Of a stretch of DNA of 64,000 bases, positions 1 to 9,127 are shown one piece after another. Source of the DNA: Spirochaetota bacterium (GTDB lineage: Bacteria > Spirochaetota > UBA4802 > JAGODF01). Both the position numbers and the translations under genes were made by a program. Under the pieces are notes generated by a model that saw only the letters and a program-made list of their open reading frames with translations, did no database searches and was not told the origin of the DNA. The DNA is taken from NCBI GenBank assembly GCA_026419015.1, contig JAOAAF010000001.1, positions 28,283 through 92,282 of the forward strand, written 5' to 3'. Each line of letters begins with the position of its first letter. Positions within the stretch are counted from its first letter, which is position 1.

Positions 1-1
1 G

Positions 2-811
2 ACTGTACGATGGGGAATGTCAATCGATTTAGATAAATGTACCGGATGTGGTGCTTGCCAGGTGGCGTGCATGCAGGAAAACAATATGCCAATCTTTGAG
101 GATGATTCCGATATTCCAAAAAGGGTTACCTTCTTGGAGTTAATAAAAGTTACCAATGATTATCAGCGCGACAAAAGCTATGGCGAGGTGCATGTCGCGT
201 ATGTTCCAAAGATGTGCATGCAGTGTTCAGGAAACGATCCGCAGAATCCACATCCACCATGCGTCTCAGTATGCCCGGTTGTGGCAACCGATGTGGGGGA
301 TGATGGGGTGGTAAGCCAGGTTTGGTCGCGATGCATTGGATGCCGTTATTGCCAGGCGGCGTGTCCTTATGAGGCACGAGTATTTAACTGGTGGAAACCA
401 TGCTATGAAGGAGATTTCAAAAAAGGGCTAAATCCCGATGTATCTGTTGCATCGCGAGGCACAATAGTAAAGTGCACGTTTTGTAGCCATATTTGGAAAC
501 GCGAGCGCGATAGAGCGTTGGCACGTGGTGAAAAAGATATCAACAAAGTAACGTATACGCCTGCGTGTGTAAGTGCATGTCCTACCGGTGCAATGGTGTT
601 TGGAGATCTCAACAATCCATCATCGCCAGTATATGAGGCGCGATTAAAAAATGATCCGCGTGCGGTTCGGATGCTCCATTCTATCGATTTGCATCCTGAA
701 AGCGAGCGCCAGCGGCGAATGCGGATAAAGGAATATCCAAATCCAAAAGTATATTATCTTACAAGCCAAAAATGGCTTCGCGATATTATTAACGGTTTCC
801 AAAACTCTTGA
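2..811 (+). CDS. qrcC: QrcC-like 4Fe-4S electron-transfer subunit (NrfC/DsrO family), 5'-truncated by window edge
   Basis: Frame is open from base 2 (TVRWGMSIDLDKCTGCGAC); Cys motifs CxxCxxCxxxC, CMQC...CVSVCP, CIGCRYCQAACP, CTFC...CVSACP; directly upstream of a QrcD-like gene. Confidence 0.8.
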   Translation, partial: TVRWGMSIDLDKCTGCGACQVACMQENNMPIFEDDSDIPKRVTFLELIKVTNDYQRDKSYGEVHVAYVPKMCMQCSGNDPQNPHPPCVSVCPVVATDVGDDGVVSQVWSRCIGCRYCQAACPYEARVFNWWKPCYEGDFKKGLNPDVSVASRGTIVKCTFCSHIWKRERDRALARGEKDINKVTYTPACVSACPTGAMVFGDLNNPSSPVYEARLKNDPRAVRMLHSIDLHPESERQRRMRIKEYPNPKVYYLTSQKWLRDIINGFQNS

Positions 812-834
812 ATGTATGAATGAGGAGAAAAGCT

Positions 835-2076
835 GTGAGCACCGTGAAAGAATTCATTATAAACGAATGGAATAGTTTTTCGAGAAACACTAAGATTGCG
901 CTCGCTGTGCTGGGCGCTTTGGTGTTTTTGTTCATCGTGTTTGGTATTCAGATTCTCTTTTGGGGTCTTGGATATACCGACATGAACAATAAATTTGCGA
1001 TGGGCCTTTGGATCATAGGCGATTTGGGGTTTGTCGCATTAGGAGGCGGCGCATTTTTTACTGGTTTCTTTTTGTACATCTTTCGGGTTGATAAACTTGA
1101 GCCTCTCATCAATTCCACAGTGCTTATTGGTTTCATGTGTTATCTATTTACATTTGTGCTGTTGGTTTTCGACATTGGTCAACCGCTGCGCGCATGGTTT
1201 GGATATACGTATCCAAATTGGGGACCGCATCTGATGCCGCAATCAATGCTCACCGAAGTAGTCTGGTGCCTCACATTGTATTTCTGCGTTTTGTGTGTGG
1301 AACTGATTCCTATTCCATTGAAACACAAATTTCTCGATAAGATTCCTGTTCTTCATTACATTGGTCATTACCTCCACAGGCTGATGTGGATTATGGCTGC
1401 AGTTGGAACATTTCTGTCTTTCTTCCATCAAGGTTCGCTTGGCGGTGGGATGTGGGATGTTTTATATGCGAAGCCTCAGTGGTGGAGAGATCATCATCAA
1501 TTCTTCTTTTTAGCGATTGTCGGTGCCACTGCGGGTGGTACATGTTTTATGATCATGATACCGAAAATCGTTGAACGGATCTGGAAGAAAGAAGTTGCAC
1601 CGAAAGAATCGTTTTGGACATTAGCGCGCATTTCAGGTGTGATGTTTACTTTTTATTTTCTATTCCGAATTTATGATGTGTATACCACTGCAGTGCGATA
1701 CGTTCCTCTTGCTGATCGAAGATTTGTCGATCTTTTGGGAGGATATTATGGATGGTGGGTGCTTGTGCTTGAACTTTTGCTTTGCATTGTGCCAATAGTG
1801 ATTTTGAACACGAAAAAGCTCCGGGAAAATGAAAATTATCTATTCGGTGCAGTGATAAGCGGAGTAGTTGCGATTGTGCTTTCAAAAGTAGGTGTAGTGC
1901 TGAATGGATTTAGCATTCCCAATTTCCCATGGAGCAGTTTTGCCGCATACAACCCCACGATCCAGGAATGGGGAATCATGCTGGGTTCTATTGCCACAAT
2001 GATACTCATATACTGGGGTTTTGCAGCCTATTTGCCGCTTTTCCCGCATTTGCACAAAAATGAACATCAAGGGTAA
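835..2076 (+). CDS. qrcD: QrcD-like integral membrane subunit (NrfD/PsrC family)
   Basis: About 10 TM helices; GLWIIGDLGFVALGGGAFFTG, DIGQPLRAWFGY, SMLTEVVWC and FFHQGSLGG match Desulfovibrio QrcD motifs as recalled; GAGGAG precedes GTG at 835 (ORF track start 820). Confidence 0.82.
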   Translation: MSTVKEFIINEWNSFSRNTKIALAVLGALVFLFIVFGIQILFWGLGYTDMNNKFAMGLWIIGDLGFVALGGGAFFTGFFLYIFRVDKLEPLINSTVLIGFMCYLFTFVLLVFDIGQPLRAWFGYTYPNWGPHLMPQSMLTEVVWCLTLYFCVLCVELIPIPLKHKFLDKIPVLHYIGHYLHRLMWIMAAVGTFLSFFHQGSLGGGMWDVLYAKPQWWRDHHQFFFLAIVGATAGGTCFMIMIPKIVERIWKKEVAPKESFWTLARISGVMFTFYFLFRIYDVYTTAVRYVPLADRRFVDLLGGYYGWWVLVLELLLCIVPIVILNTKKLRENENYLFGAVISGVVAIVLSKVGVVLNGFSIPNFPWSSFAAYNPTIQEWGIMLGSIATMILIYWGFAAYLPLFPHLHKNEHQG

Positions 2077-2079
2077 GCG

Positions 2080-2114
2080 TAAAAAGCCGCTTCGTTTTAC
2101 GAAGCGGCTTTTTA
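2080..2114. terminator. Bidirectional rho-independent terminator
   Basis: Perfect hairpin TAAAAAGCCGCTTCGT-TTT-ACGAAGCGGCTTTTTA between convergent genes. Confidence 0.9.
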
Positions 2115-2257
2115 TGTAATGAGCGAGTATGATTTTATTATCGCGGGAGTTTATAGTTTATGGGAACCTCTAAAAACCACTTTCATTCTTACAATTGCAG
2201 CAAAGAGAAAGCGGTTTTATTCTATATATTGTGTCCACAAGGGAACATCCTAAAAAA

Positions 2258-3094
2258 TCAGTTTTGAAAAGTTCCCTTATATTCAATGGTCGCGTAATCT
2301 GCAATGCCGCTTAAAGTTTTCCCCGCATCGGTTTCTTTGAACCGGCTCGAAATTTTTATAATATCGCCATCTTTGTTGTAATCAAATACATACCTGTAAA
2401 ACACAAATCCCTTGTGATCCATGTCGCGAATTTCCTTAAGGCGTCCCAGTTTATCGTAATGGTATGAAAATTTTTTGTCGTAAGTATGGCAGAATTTTAA
2501 TGTCATTCTTCCCTGCTGATCATATTGGTATGATGTCTGTTTCGAATCATTATCATATTCCTCAACAAGTTTGCCATTATTATTATACAAGTATTTTGTA
2601 ATGCTTTTCGCGCCGGCATAATTGGTATGCTCAAATGTAATTTTGTTGTTGTTTTTATCATAAGTATATTTGTTGTGCCATGCAAATCGGCCATCGCCGT
2701 GTATTGCAGTTTCTTCAAGGATGTTTCCGTTATTGTCGTACACGTATTTACTTCTTAAAATCTCCGTATTGGAACTGTTAGGCCATTCGCTTTTTGTTTC
2801 GATTACATTATTTCTCTCGTCATATAAGTAGGTTATGGTCATACTATGTGAGTTATATAAGTAAATAATTTCTTTTGTAATGGTTCCTTTTTTATCAAGT
2901 TGATATACGTTACGATCAACACCATAGCCGCCAACACGTTGAAAAGTTACAACGATCTCTTTTACCCCTTTTTTTGGCGTTAACTGATAACCATATCTTT
3001 CAATGTAAATCCTTGCGCCAGTGGCATGGAGTACTTGGTATGCAGCAAAAAAAATGTTAATAAAAGAAATGCTAATAAGAAAAATTCTTTGCAT
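2258..3094 (-). CDS. Secreted YD/RHS-repeat-like hypothetical protein
   Basis: Hydrophobic N-terminus; repeated Y-x-Y-D-x-x-G/N units (YLYDERNN, YVYDNNGN, YTYDKNNN, YQYDQQGR, YHYDKLGR); AGGAGG RBS. Confidence 0.7.
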   Translation of the reverse strand: MQRIFLISISFINIFFAAYQVLHATGARIYIERYGYQLTPKKGVKEIVVTFQRVGGYGVDRNVYQLDKKGTITKEIIYLYNSHSMTITYLYDERNNVIETKSEWPNSSNTEILRSKYVYDNNGNILEETAIHGDGRFAWHNKYTYDKNNNKITFEHTNYAGAKSITKYLYNNNGKLVEEYDNDSKQTSYQYDQQGRMTLKFCHTYDKKFSYHYDKLGRLKEIRDMDHKGFVFYRYVFDYNKDGDIIKISSRFKETDAGKTLSGIADYATIEYKGTFQN

Positions 3095-3454
3095 AACGAA
3101 CCTCCTTGCTGTTTTTATGAATTATAAATTATTAAATAAAAAACCTATAAAAGGTAATTAAAAAAACGCAACTCCTTTTTGATTTTTTCAATCTGAAAAA
3201 ACATAAACGATTATATGTACACGCATATTGCTATATCGCTTGTTGCGATAAGATGTGCGCATTATGCGATTTATTTTTTCGTAGCGCGTTGAAAAAAAGT
3301 ATTTAAATTTTGTTCAGCGTTGTTATATTGCTCTTAATGCCCGAATGATTTTTTATACTTAGGATTTAACGGTGGCATGAAAATGATCAAAAATTTTTTT
3401 TGCGGTGTCTTTCTCGCTATTCAGCGGTCCGAAGCATATTGCTGTGCTGTTGAA

Positions 3455-4213
3455 ATGCGCTTTTCCCCTCGATATGTATTCGCAGTAGTATTTACGGTAG
3501 TATTGGGGCCCTCTGCGGGTTTTGCTGTTCGCCCATTTATTACTGATGACGCACGTGTTACCTCGAAGCATACTTTTTTGACGGAAGGTTCTCTTCGGCT
3601 TGATGAGAATAGATTTCAAAACCTAATGCTTTTTGCATTCGGAATTAACGATAATCTCGAATGGACCGTCGGATTTACCAATGGCTTTTTGCGCCATGGG
3701 GAGGAAGGACATTATGCTATCTACGGGCCAGTTGTTCAGTTGAAAGGTCTATTCATCAATCAAACCGCGCTTATCCCGGCGATCGCTGGAGCAGTTGGCG
3801 TTTCTTCGCCGTGGTGCGTTGGCAATGATGACTTTGCGCCTTCAGAGTGGAGTGAATTTGGCTATATAGCAATAAGCCGTGCATTTTCTTCCCATCCGGA
3901 ACGTTTCATTGTGCATGTTAATTTCGGTGCCACCATCGCGCATGAGCAAAATCAGGGAACGAAAAATGAACTGATGTGGGGAGCGGGACTGCAGTTTGTC
4001 ATTATCCCGGATATCCTCTTTGGAATGGCGGAGATTGTTTCGGGCGATCCGTACGGTATTAGCTCGGACATCGTATACCAAGTGGGACTGCGGATCTTTA
4101 TCAGCGAACAGTTGCAGATCGATGCAAGCTACGGAGCGAGAGCATCCTTCGAGTGGGGAGTTGCATGGTTCGCTGGTTGTGGTCTTAGATATTGTACTGA
4201 GGCTTTGTGGTGA
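3455..4213 (+). CDS. Putative outer-membrane beta-barrel protein (RPFxTDDA N-terminal motif)
   Basis: Signal peptide ending AGFA, then VRPFITDDARV; amphipathic strands and terminal Trp; start uncertain (ORF track 3377). Confidence 0.55.
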   Translation: MRFSPRYVFAVVFTVVLGPSAGFAVRPFITDDARVTSKHTFLTEGSLRLDENRFQNLMLFAFGINDNLEWTVGFTNGFLRHGEEGHYAIYGPVVQLKGLFINQTALIPAIAGAVGVSSPWCVGNDDFAPSEWSEFGYIAISRAFSSHPERFIVHVNFGATIAHEQNQGTKNELMWGAGLQFVIIPDILFGMAEIVSGDPYGISSDIVYQVGLRIFISEQLQIDASYGARASFEWGVAWFAGCGLRYCTEALW

Positions 4214-4455
4214 GCGAATTTCAACGATAAACGCGTTCGAAACGTGTCCGAGGGCGTAAAGCGGCGTTTTTACCGCAGCGACGAAACGCTTATACCTATC
4301 ACTACCCCGTTTAAATTCATCTATGCTTGATAAGTATTCATCACGATATCCTGCCCGCCTTAAAAAATACTTGCTAATTTATCACTTTCATTATACCAAT
4401 CGTTTATGTTTTAATTTTTTATATTAGAATTTTCACCGATGTCTGGAGGTATTGC

Positions 4456-5409
4456 ATGAAAAAGAAAATAGTGCTCATCATCCTTGCAATATTGCTTTTA
4501 GTCATTTTCCTTGGACCACGAGTGAAAGTGGATACTACAATCCCGCCAATTGCGATCCCGGATGATGTTGAAAGCTATGTCAAGGAATCCGAAGCAAAGT
4601 TTGCCGACATTACTCCTGGTGCGGAAAAAACGATTGTTTGGTTTAATTCCACGAAAAAAAATAAAACCCCTTTTGCGGTTATTTACCTTCATGGCTTTAG
4701 CGCTACGCGCCAAGAAATTGCACCAGTTTGCGACATCGTTGCAAAAAATTTAAAGGCAAATTTGTTTTACACACGCCTTCGCGGTCACGGTCGCCCGGCC
4801 GATGCGCTTAAGGGTGTGACGGTAAACGATTGGCTTACCGATACGGTCGAGGCCATTGAAATTGGAAAGCGCATTGGCGAAAAGTTAATTATAATTTCAA
4901 CTTCGATGGGAGGAACGCTTACGACTTGGTACGCGCTTACTCAACGCACTGATAATATAGCTGCAGCAGTGATGATTTCGCCAAATTTTTACCCCGCGCG
5001 GAAAGAAGCGCGAATCATGACATGGCCATGGGGAAAACAAATCGCGCATCTGCTCATTGGCGAATATCGGACATGGAAACCGCAGAACGAATTGCAGGCA
5101 AAGTATTGGAGTTGGAAGCAACCAACAGAAGCGACTGTTACGATGATGGGTTTGGTCGAAATGGTGAAATCGCTTGATTTTCATAAATTTCAGCTGCCAT
5201 TGTTGATGATTCTTTCCCCTAATGATAAAGTAATAAATTATTCGCTCGCAAAACAACGGTTTGAAGAAGCGACATCTGGGAAGAAAAAACTTGTTGAGAT
5301 AACCGATTCAACGGCAGAAACGCAGCATGTGATTGCAGGCGATATTCTTTCTCCAAATACTACAAAACGCGTCGCAGAAGAAATTATTTCTTTTATAAGG
5401 AATTTATAA
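4456..5409 (+). CDS. Alpha/beta hydrolase (lysophospholipase/esterase-like), N-terminal anchor
   Basis: YLHGFS oxyanion motif, RLRGHG, STSMGG nucleophile elbow, D-KVI and HVIAGD; GGAGG RBS. Confidence 0.85.
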   Translation: MKKKIVLIILAILLLVIFLGPRVKVDTTIPPIAIPDDVESYVKESEAKFADITPGAEKTIVWFNSTKKNKTPFAVIYLHGFSATRQEIAPVCDIVAKNLKANLFYTRLRGHGRPADALKGVTVNDWLTDTVEAIEIGKRIGEKLIIISTSMGGTLTTWYALTQRTDNIAAAVMISPNFYPARKEARIMTWPWGKQIAHLLIGEYRTWKPQNELQAKYWSWKQPTEATVTMMGLVEMVKSLDFHKFQLPLLMILSPNDKVINYSLAKQRFEEATSGKKKLVEITDSTAETQHVIAGDILSPNTTKRVAEEIISFIRNL

Positions 5410-5446
5410 AAAGTTTTTCCGCGTTACTAATTGCATTTCTGTTCGG

Positions 5447-5480
5447 ATAAAATCGATGGGAATCCCACGATTTTATTTTT
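5447..5480 (+). terminator. Probable intrinsic terminator
   Basis: ATAAAATCGATGGG-AAT-CCCACGATTTTAT hairpin (one bulge) followed by a T-run. Confidence 0.55.
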
Positions 5481-5579
5481 TTGTAAAAATTTATGATTAC
5501 TTGACACAATGCAAATTTAAAAAATAATGGTTATCGAAATGCGAATATAAAAAAATTAAATAAAAAAGTGGAGGATGGC

Positions 5580-6302
5580 ATGGGACTTGTCGAATGGACA
5601 AAGGATGAAAGCGTTGCAATTCTTACAATGACAGCGGGCGAAAATCGCAATAACTTGAATTTCGCGAATGAAATGATGCGAAATCTTGAGGAGATTGTTG
5701 CCGATACTTCAATCCATGCAACGGTACTAACCTCAAGCGATGAAAAAAACTTCTGCCAAGGCGTTGATGTGCAATGGTTGATGGAACGCTTTCAGGCAAA
5801 GGATTTCCAATCGATTAAGGATTTTATGTATCGGATGAACGATGTGTTTAAAACGCTGCTTCTTTTCCCAATGCCGGTAATTGCTGCAATTAATGGACAT
5901 GCCTTTGGAAATGGAGCAATCCTTTCCTGCGCCTGCGATTTTCGTTTTATGCGTGCTGATCGTGGCTTTTTTTGTTTCCCCGAGGTTGATTTAGGGATCC
6001 CATTTTTGCCAGGCATGATCGCGTGGGTGCGCAAAGCGATACCGCAACATGCATTTCATGATTGGAAGTATACAGGCCGTAGAGTTACCGCCCCAGAGCT
6101 TGAGAGAGAACGCGTTATTATCAAAGCATGTGCAAATAGGGAAGAGCTTATGAAGGAATCCATTGCATTTGCAAAGACGTTTCACAAAAAGAGAGGAATA
6201 TTTGGGGAAATGAAAAAGCGCATGCATAAGCATATCATCGAAATAATGGAAAAAGAAGATCCCGAATATATTGAAAAATTGTTTCTTTTTGTACCAGATT
6301 GA
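5580..6302 (+). CDS. Enoyl-CoA hydratase/isomerase family (delta3-delta2 isomerase-like)
   Basis: FCQGVD, PVIAAINGHAFGNG and FCFPEVDLG crotonase motifs; GGAGG RBS before ATG 5580. Confidence 0.88.
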   Translation: MGLVEWTKDESVAILTMTAGENRNNLNFANEMMRNLEEIVADTSIHATVLTSSDEKNFCQGVDVQWLMERFQAKDFQSIKDFMYRMNDVFKTLLLFPMPVIAAINGHAFGNGAILSCACDFRFMRADRGFFCFPEVDLGIPFLPGMIAWVRKAIPQHAFHDWKYTGRRVTAPELERERVIIKACANREELMKESIAFAKTFHKKRGIFGEMKKRMHKHIIEIMEKEDPEYIEKLFLFVPD

Positions 6303-6358
6303 GATGGTGTTGGAATAATTTTTAAATAAAATAAAAATAACACAAATGAGGTTAAAGG

Positions 6359-7396
6359 ATGAAAACAAGAATAACAGAATTGCTCAAGATTAAATATCCA
6401 ATTATCCTTTCGGGGATGAGTTGGATAAGCGTGCCCGAATTGGTTGCGGCAGTCTCTAATGCTGGGGGGTGCGGGATTTTAGCAACAGGGGTGCTCCGTC
6501 CCGATCAAACCCGCGAATATATTCAAAAGACGCGCGCGCTCACTAAAAAGCCATTTGCGGCAAATGTGACATTTTATTTTCCAGGTTCCGAAAAAAATGC
6601 GAAAGTAATCATTGAGGAAAAAGTACCTATTGTGAACTATTCCCTTGGCAAGGGCGATTGGCTTGCAAAGGAAGTACATAAGTATGGAGGAGTGGTCATT
6701 GCGACCGTGACAACTCTTAAGCATGCCCTCGCCGCACAGCGCGATGGTGCCGATGCGCTCATTGTAACAGGGCATGAAGCGGCGGGACATGGTGGTGCAG
6801 TTACCTCCCTTGCGCTTATTCCACAAATTGTCGATGCAGTAGAAATTCCTGTGATTGCAGCTGGTGGCTTTGCCGATGGAAGGGGTTTGGTAACTGCGCT
6901 CGCACTCGGTGCAGAAGGGATTTCGATGGGAACGCGTTTTATGAATACCGTTGAAAGCCCCGTCCATGAAGTGCAAAAAAAACTTAGCATTGAGCTCACC
7001 GCATTTGATACCATCTATACTGATAAATTTGATGGGCTTCCTGCACGCATGGCTGATACAAAAGGAGCGCGTCGCTTGATGAAACGCCGTCTTAATCCCT
7101 TAAGCGCATTGTTTCTTTCGCGGAGAATTGCAAAGTTGCTCGACTTACCATGGGGTAAAATTTTTCTTGGAATAATGCTTTCGGGGCCTAAAACAGCTGT
7201 TCAAATGGCACGGATGGCGATTGGCTTTCGTGCGTTTGAGGTGGGTACCATTGCGGGCGATAATGTAGAAGGAATTTTACCAATAGGGCAGATTACAGGA
7301 ATCATTAAGGATACTCCGACGGTAAAAGAGGTGATTGAGCGGATAGTAAAGGAAGCAAATGAAGTTGTTAAGAATGTTGAGAAGAAGCTAAAATGA
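6359..7396 (+). CDS. Nitronate monooxygenase / FabK-like flavoenzyme
   Basis: IKYPII, AVSNAGGCG, GHEAAGHGG, PVIAAGGFADGRG, GISMGTRF. Confidence 0.88.
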   Translation: MKTRITELLKIKYPIILSGMSWISVPELVAAVSNAGGCGILATGVLRPDQTREYIQKTRALTKKPFAANVTFYFPGSEKNAKVIIEEKVPIVNYSLGKGDWLAKEVHKYGGVVIATVTTLKHALAAQRDGADALIVTGHEAAGHGGAVTSLALIPQIVDAVEIPVIAAGGFADGRGLVTALALGAEGISMGTRFMNTVESPVHEVQKKLSIELTAFDTIYTDKFDGLPARMADTKGARRLMKRRLNPLSALFLSRRIAKLLDLPWGKIFLGIMLSGPKTAVQMARMAIGFRAFEVGTIAGDNVEGILPIGQITGIIKDTPTVKEVIERIVKEANEVVKNVEKKLK

Positions 7397-7470
7397 CGCT
7401 TTCTTATATTGTTATACTGCTTTTGGAAATGTGCTAAAAACACTTCAACGATGGGGAAGCGAATTTTTAA

Positions 7471-7499
7471 AATAAAAGCCACCTTTGGCAAGGTGGCTT
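7471..7499 (-). terminator. Intrinsic terminator (possibly bidirectional)
   Basis: AAGCCACCTT-TGGC-AAGGTGGCTT hairpin with a T-run on the minus strand, between convergent genes. Confidence 0.75.
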
Positions 7500-7530
7500 A
7501 GTTTTGATTTGATAAAAAAATGTTTGTATA

Positions 7531-7878
7531 TTATGGGGTTATTGTTACAGTGTAGTTGCCACTACCAGAATGTGACCAGACTTTTACCTGAACCCGCCCT
7601 GGGGTATATGCCCGACAGCACGAATACGTTTCTAACCCATCATTGCGGCATACGAGTTGCCCATCGTTGTAAATTTCAATATCGAAATCGACTCCTGGTT
7701 GGTGAGTAAGGCAAATGTTCGGATTGGTTCCTTCTTGGCCTTGAAGGGTGAGCCAATCGGTATCGCCCGTTCCAACCATGACTCCATTAAAAGACATTCC
7801 GCTAACAGTATAATTTGCAGCGAAAGCGATCAGTCCACATGCAAGCACAAACCCAATTGCGAATAATATTTTTTTCAT
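7531..7878 (-). CDS. Small secreted stand-alone PPC (pre-peptidase C-terminal)-like domain protein
   Basis: Signal peptide ending AFA; GDTDW...DFDIEIY...PGRVQVKVWSHSGSGNYTV pattern; AAGGAGG RBS. Confidence 0.7.
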   Translation of the reverse strand: MKKILFAIGFVLACGLIAFAANYTVSGMSFNGVMVGTGDTDWLTLQGQEGTNPNICLTHQPGVDFDIEIYNDGQLVCRNDGLETYSCCRAYTPGRVQVKVWSHSGSGNYTVTITP

Positions 7879-8373
7879 TTCTAAAACCTCCTTGTAAAGT
7901 TATAGATATTTCTTCTTTTTATTGGTGAAATATACAATCACCAATAAAAGAAAATGTTCGTATTAGATTGAATTTAAAAAGTTCAATTAAATATAAATAT
8001 AAAAAAATAGATTGGCAACTTTTTTTTAAAAAAATATTTTTTCAATTTTTATATGATCACAAATATAAAGCAATATGCGGTTCAAAGGAATTTAAATTAA
8101 TAAAGATATAGTTTTAAAATTTCCATATCATCGTTTTTTATTAGGAGATTTTATAAGTTACGGCAATAAATAAACTTGGGCAAATTATATTTTGCAAGAA
8201 CATATAAAAAGCGCGTAACTTTATCAGCTTATTGATTTTAATAACGATTGCACAACCAGTTGTCAAATTAATTAGACGTTTTTAGGAAAAAATGTTTATG
8301 TTATTTCGCAATAAGGAAAGCTCACCGGTTTAAAAAATTGAAAAAAATAATAGATTTTGTTTTTTATTTAGGC

Positions 8374-8401
8374 TTGACAGCAAACATAACACTGTTATGT
8401 T
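8374..8401 (+). promoter_or_regulatory. Sigma70 promoter with overlapping palindromic operator
   Basis: TTGACA (8374-8379), TGnTATGTT -10 element; perfect inverted repeat AACATAAC-ACT-GTTATGTT at 8383-8401. Confidence 0.7.
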
Positions 8402-8463
8402 GACAATGTTGATTTCGAAAATTGAGTAAGAAAATTTATGATTTTAAATATTAAATAACTGAT

Positions 8464-9051
8464 ATGCGGAAGAACAATAGGGATAAAATTTTAAAAACTG
8501 CTCGCCGACTGCTTCTCCGTTACGGGTACAATGGGATTTCAATTCGCGAGATTGCAAAAAAAGCAAATCTTACTACCGGTGCGATTTATTTTCATTTTAA
8601 GAATAAACGAGAAATATACACAACAATTTGCAATGAAGCGATCGATGTATTGCTCACCAAATTTAAAGAAGCTATAAAAAAAGGCAAAACGGTTAATCAA
8701 AAGCTTATTTCAATTTACGATTCGTATGTAGAATTTTACCGCACACATCCCGATTATTATAACATCATCATGGAATATAAATCAGATTATTCTCAAAAGG
8801 CTGACAAGGAACTCCTAACGAAATTTAAAGAACTTGCCGACATCACCGCACAGACGTATGAGCTTGGTATAAAAGAAGGCGTATTTCGCAGAATCGATCC
8901 GCGACTTATGTCGCTATTTCTCGCATCGCTTACCGAAGGGATGATTCAATACAAAAAAATTGGACTGTTTGATTTACTAAATGTTGAGGATCGCGAGTTT
9001 AGAAGATTTATGGCTGATGTGGTTGGAAAAGGAATTGAAGTGAGAGGGTAA
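8464..9051 (+). CDS. TetR/AcrR family transcriptional regulator
   Basis: GYNGISIREIAKKANLTTGAIYFHFKNK HTH signature. Confidence 0.95.
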   Translation: MRKNNRDKILKTARRLLLRYGYNGISIREIAKKANLTTGAIYFHFKNKREIYTTICNEAIDVLLTKFKEAIKKGKTVNQKLISIYDSYVEFYRTHPDYYNIIMEYKSDYSQKADKELLTKFKELADITAQTYELGIKEGVFRRIDPRLMSLFLASLTEGMIQYKKIGLFDLLNVEDREFRRFMADVVGKGIEVRG

Positions 9052-9127
9052 TGGTTTTGGTGTTTTATTTTAAAAATGCGAGATATATTTATATTTAATT
9101 TTGAAAAATTTTAAAGGAGCAAAAACC

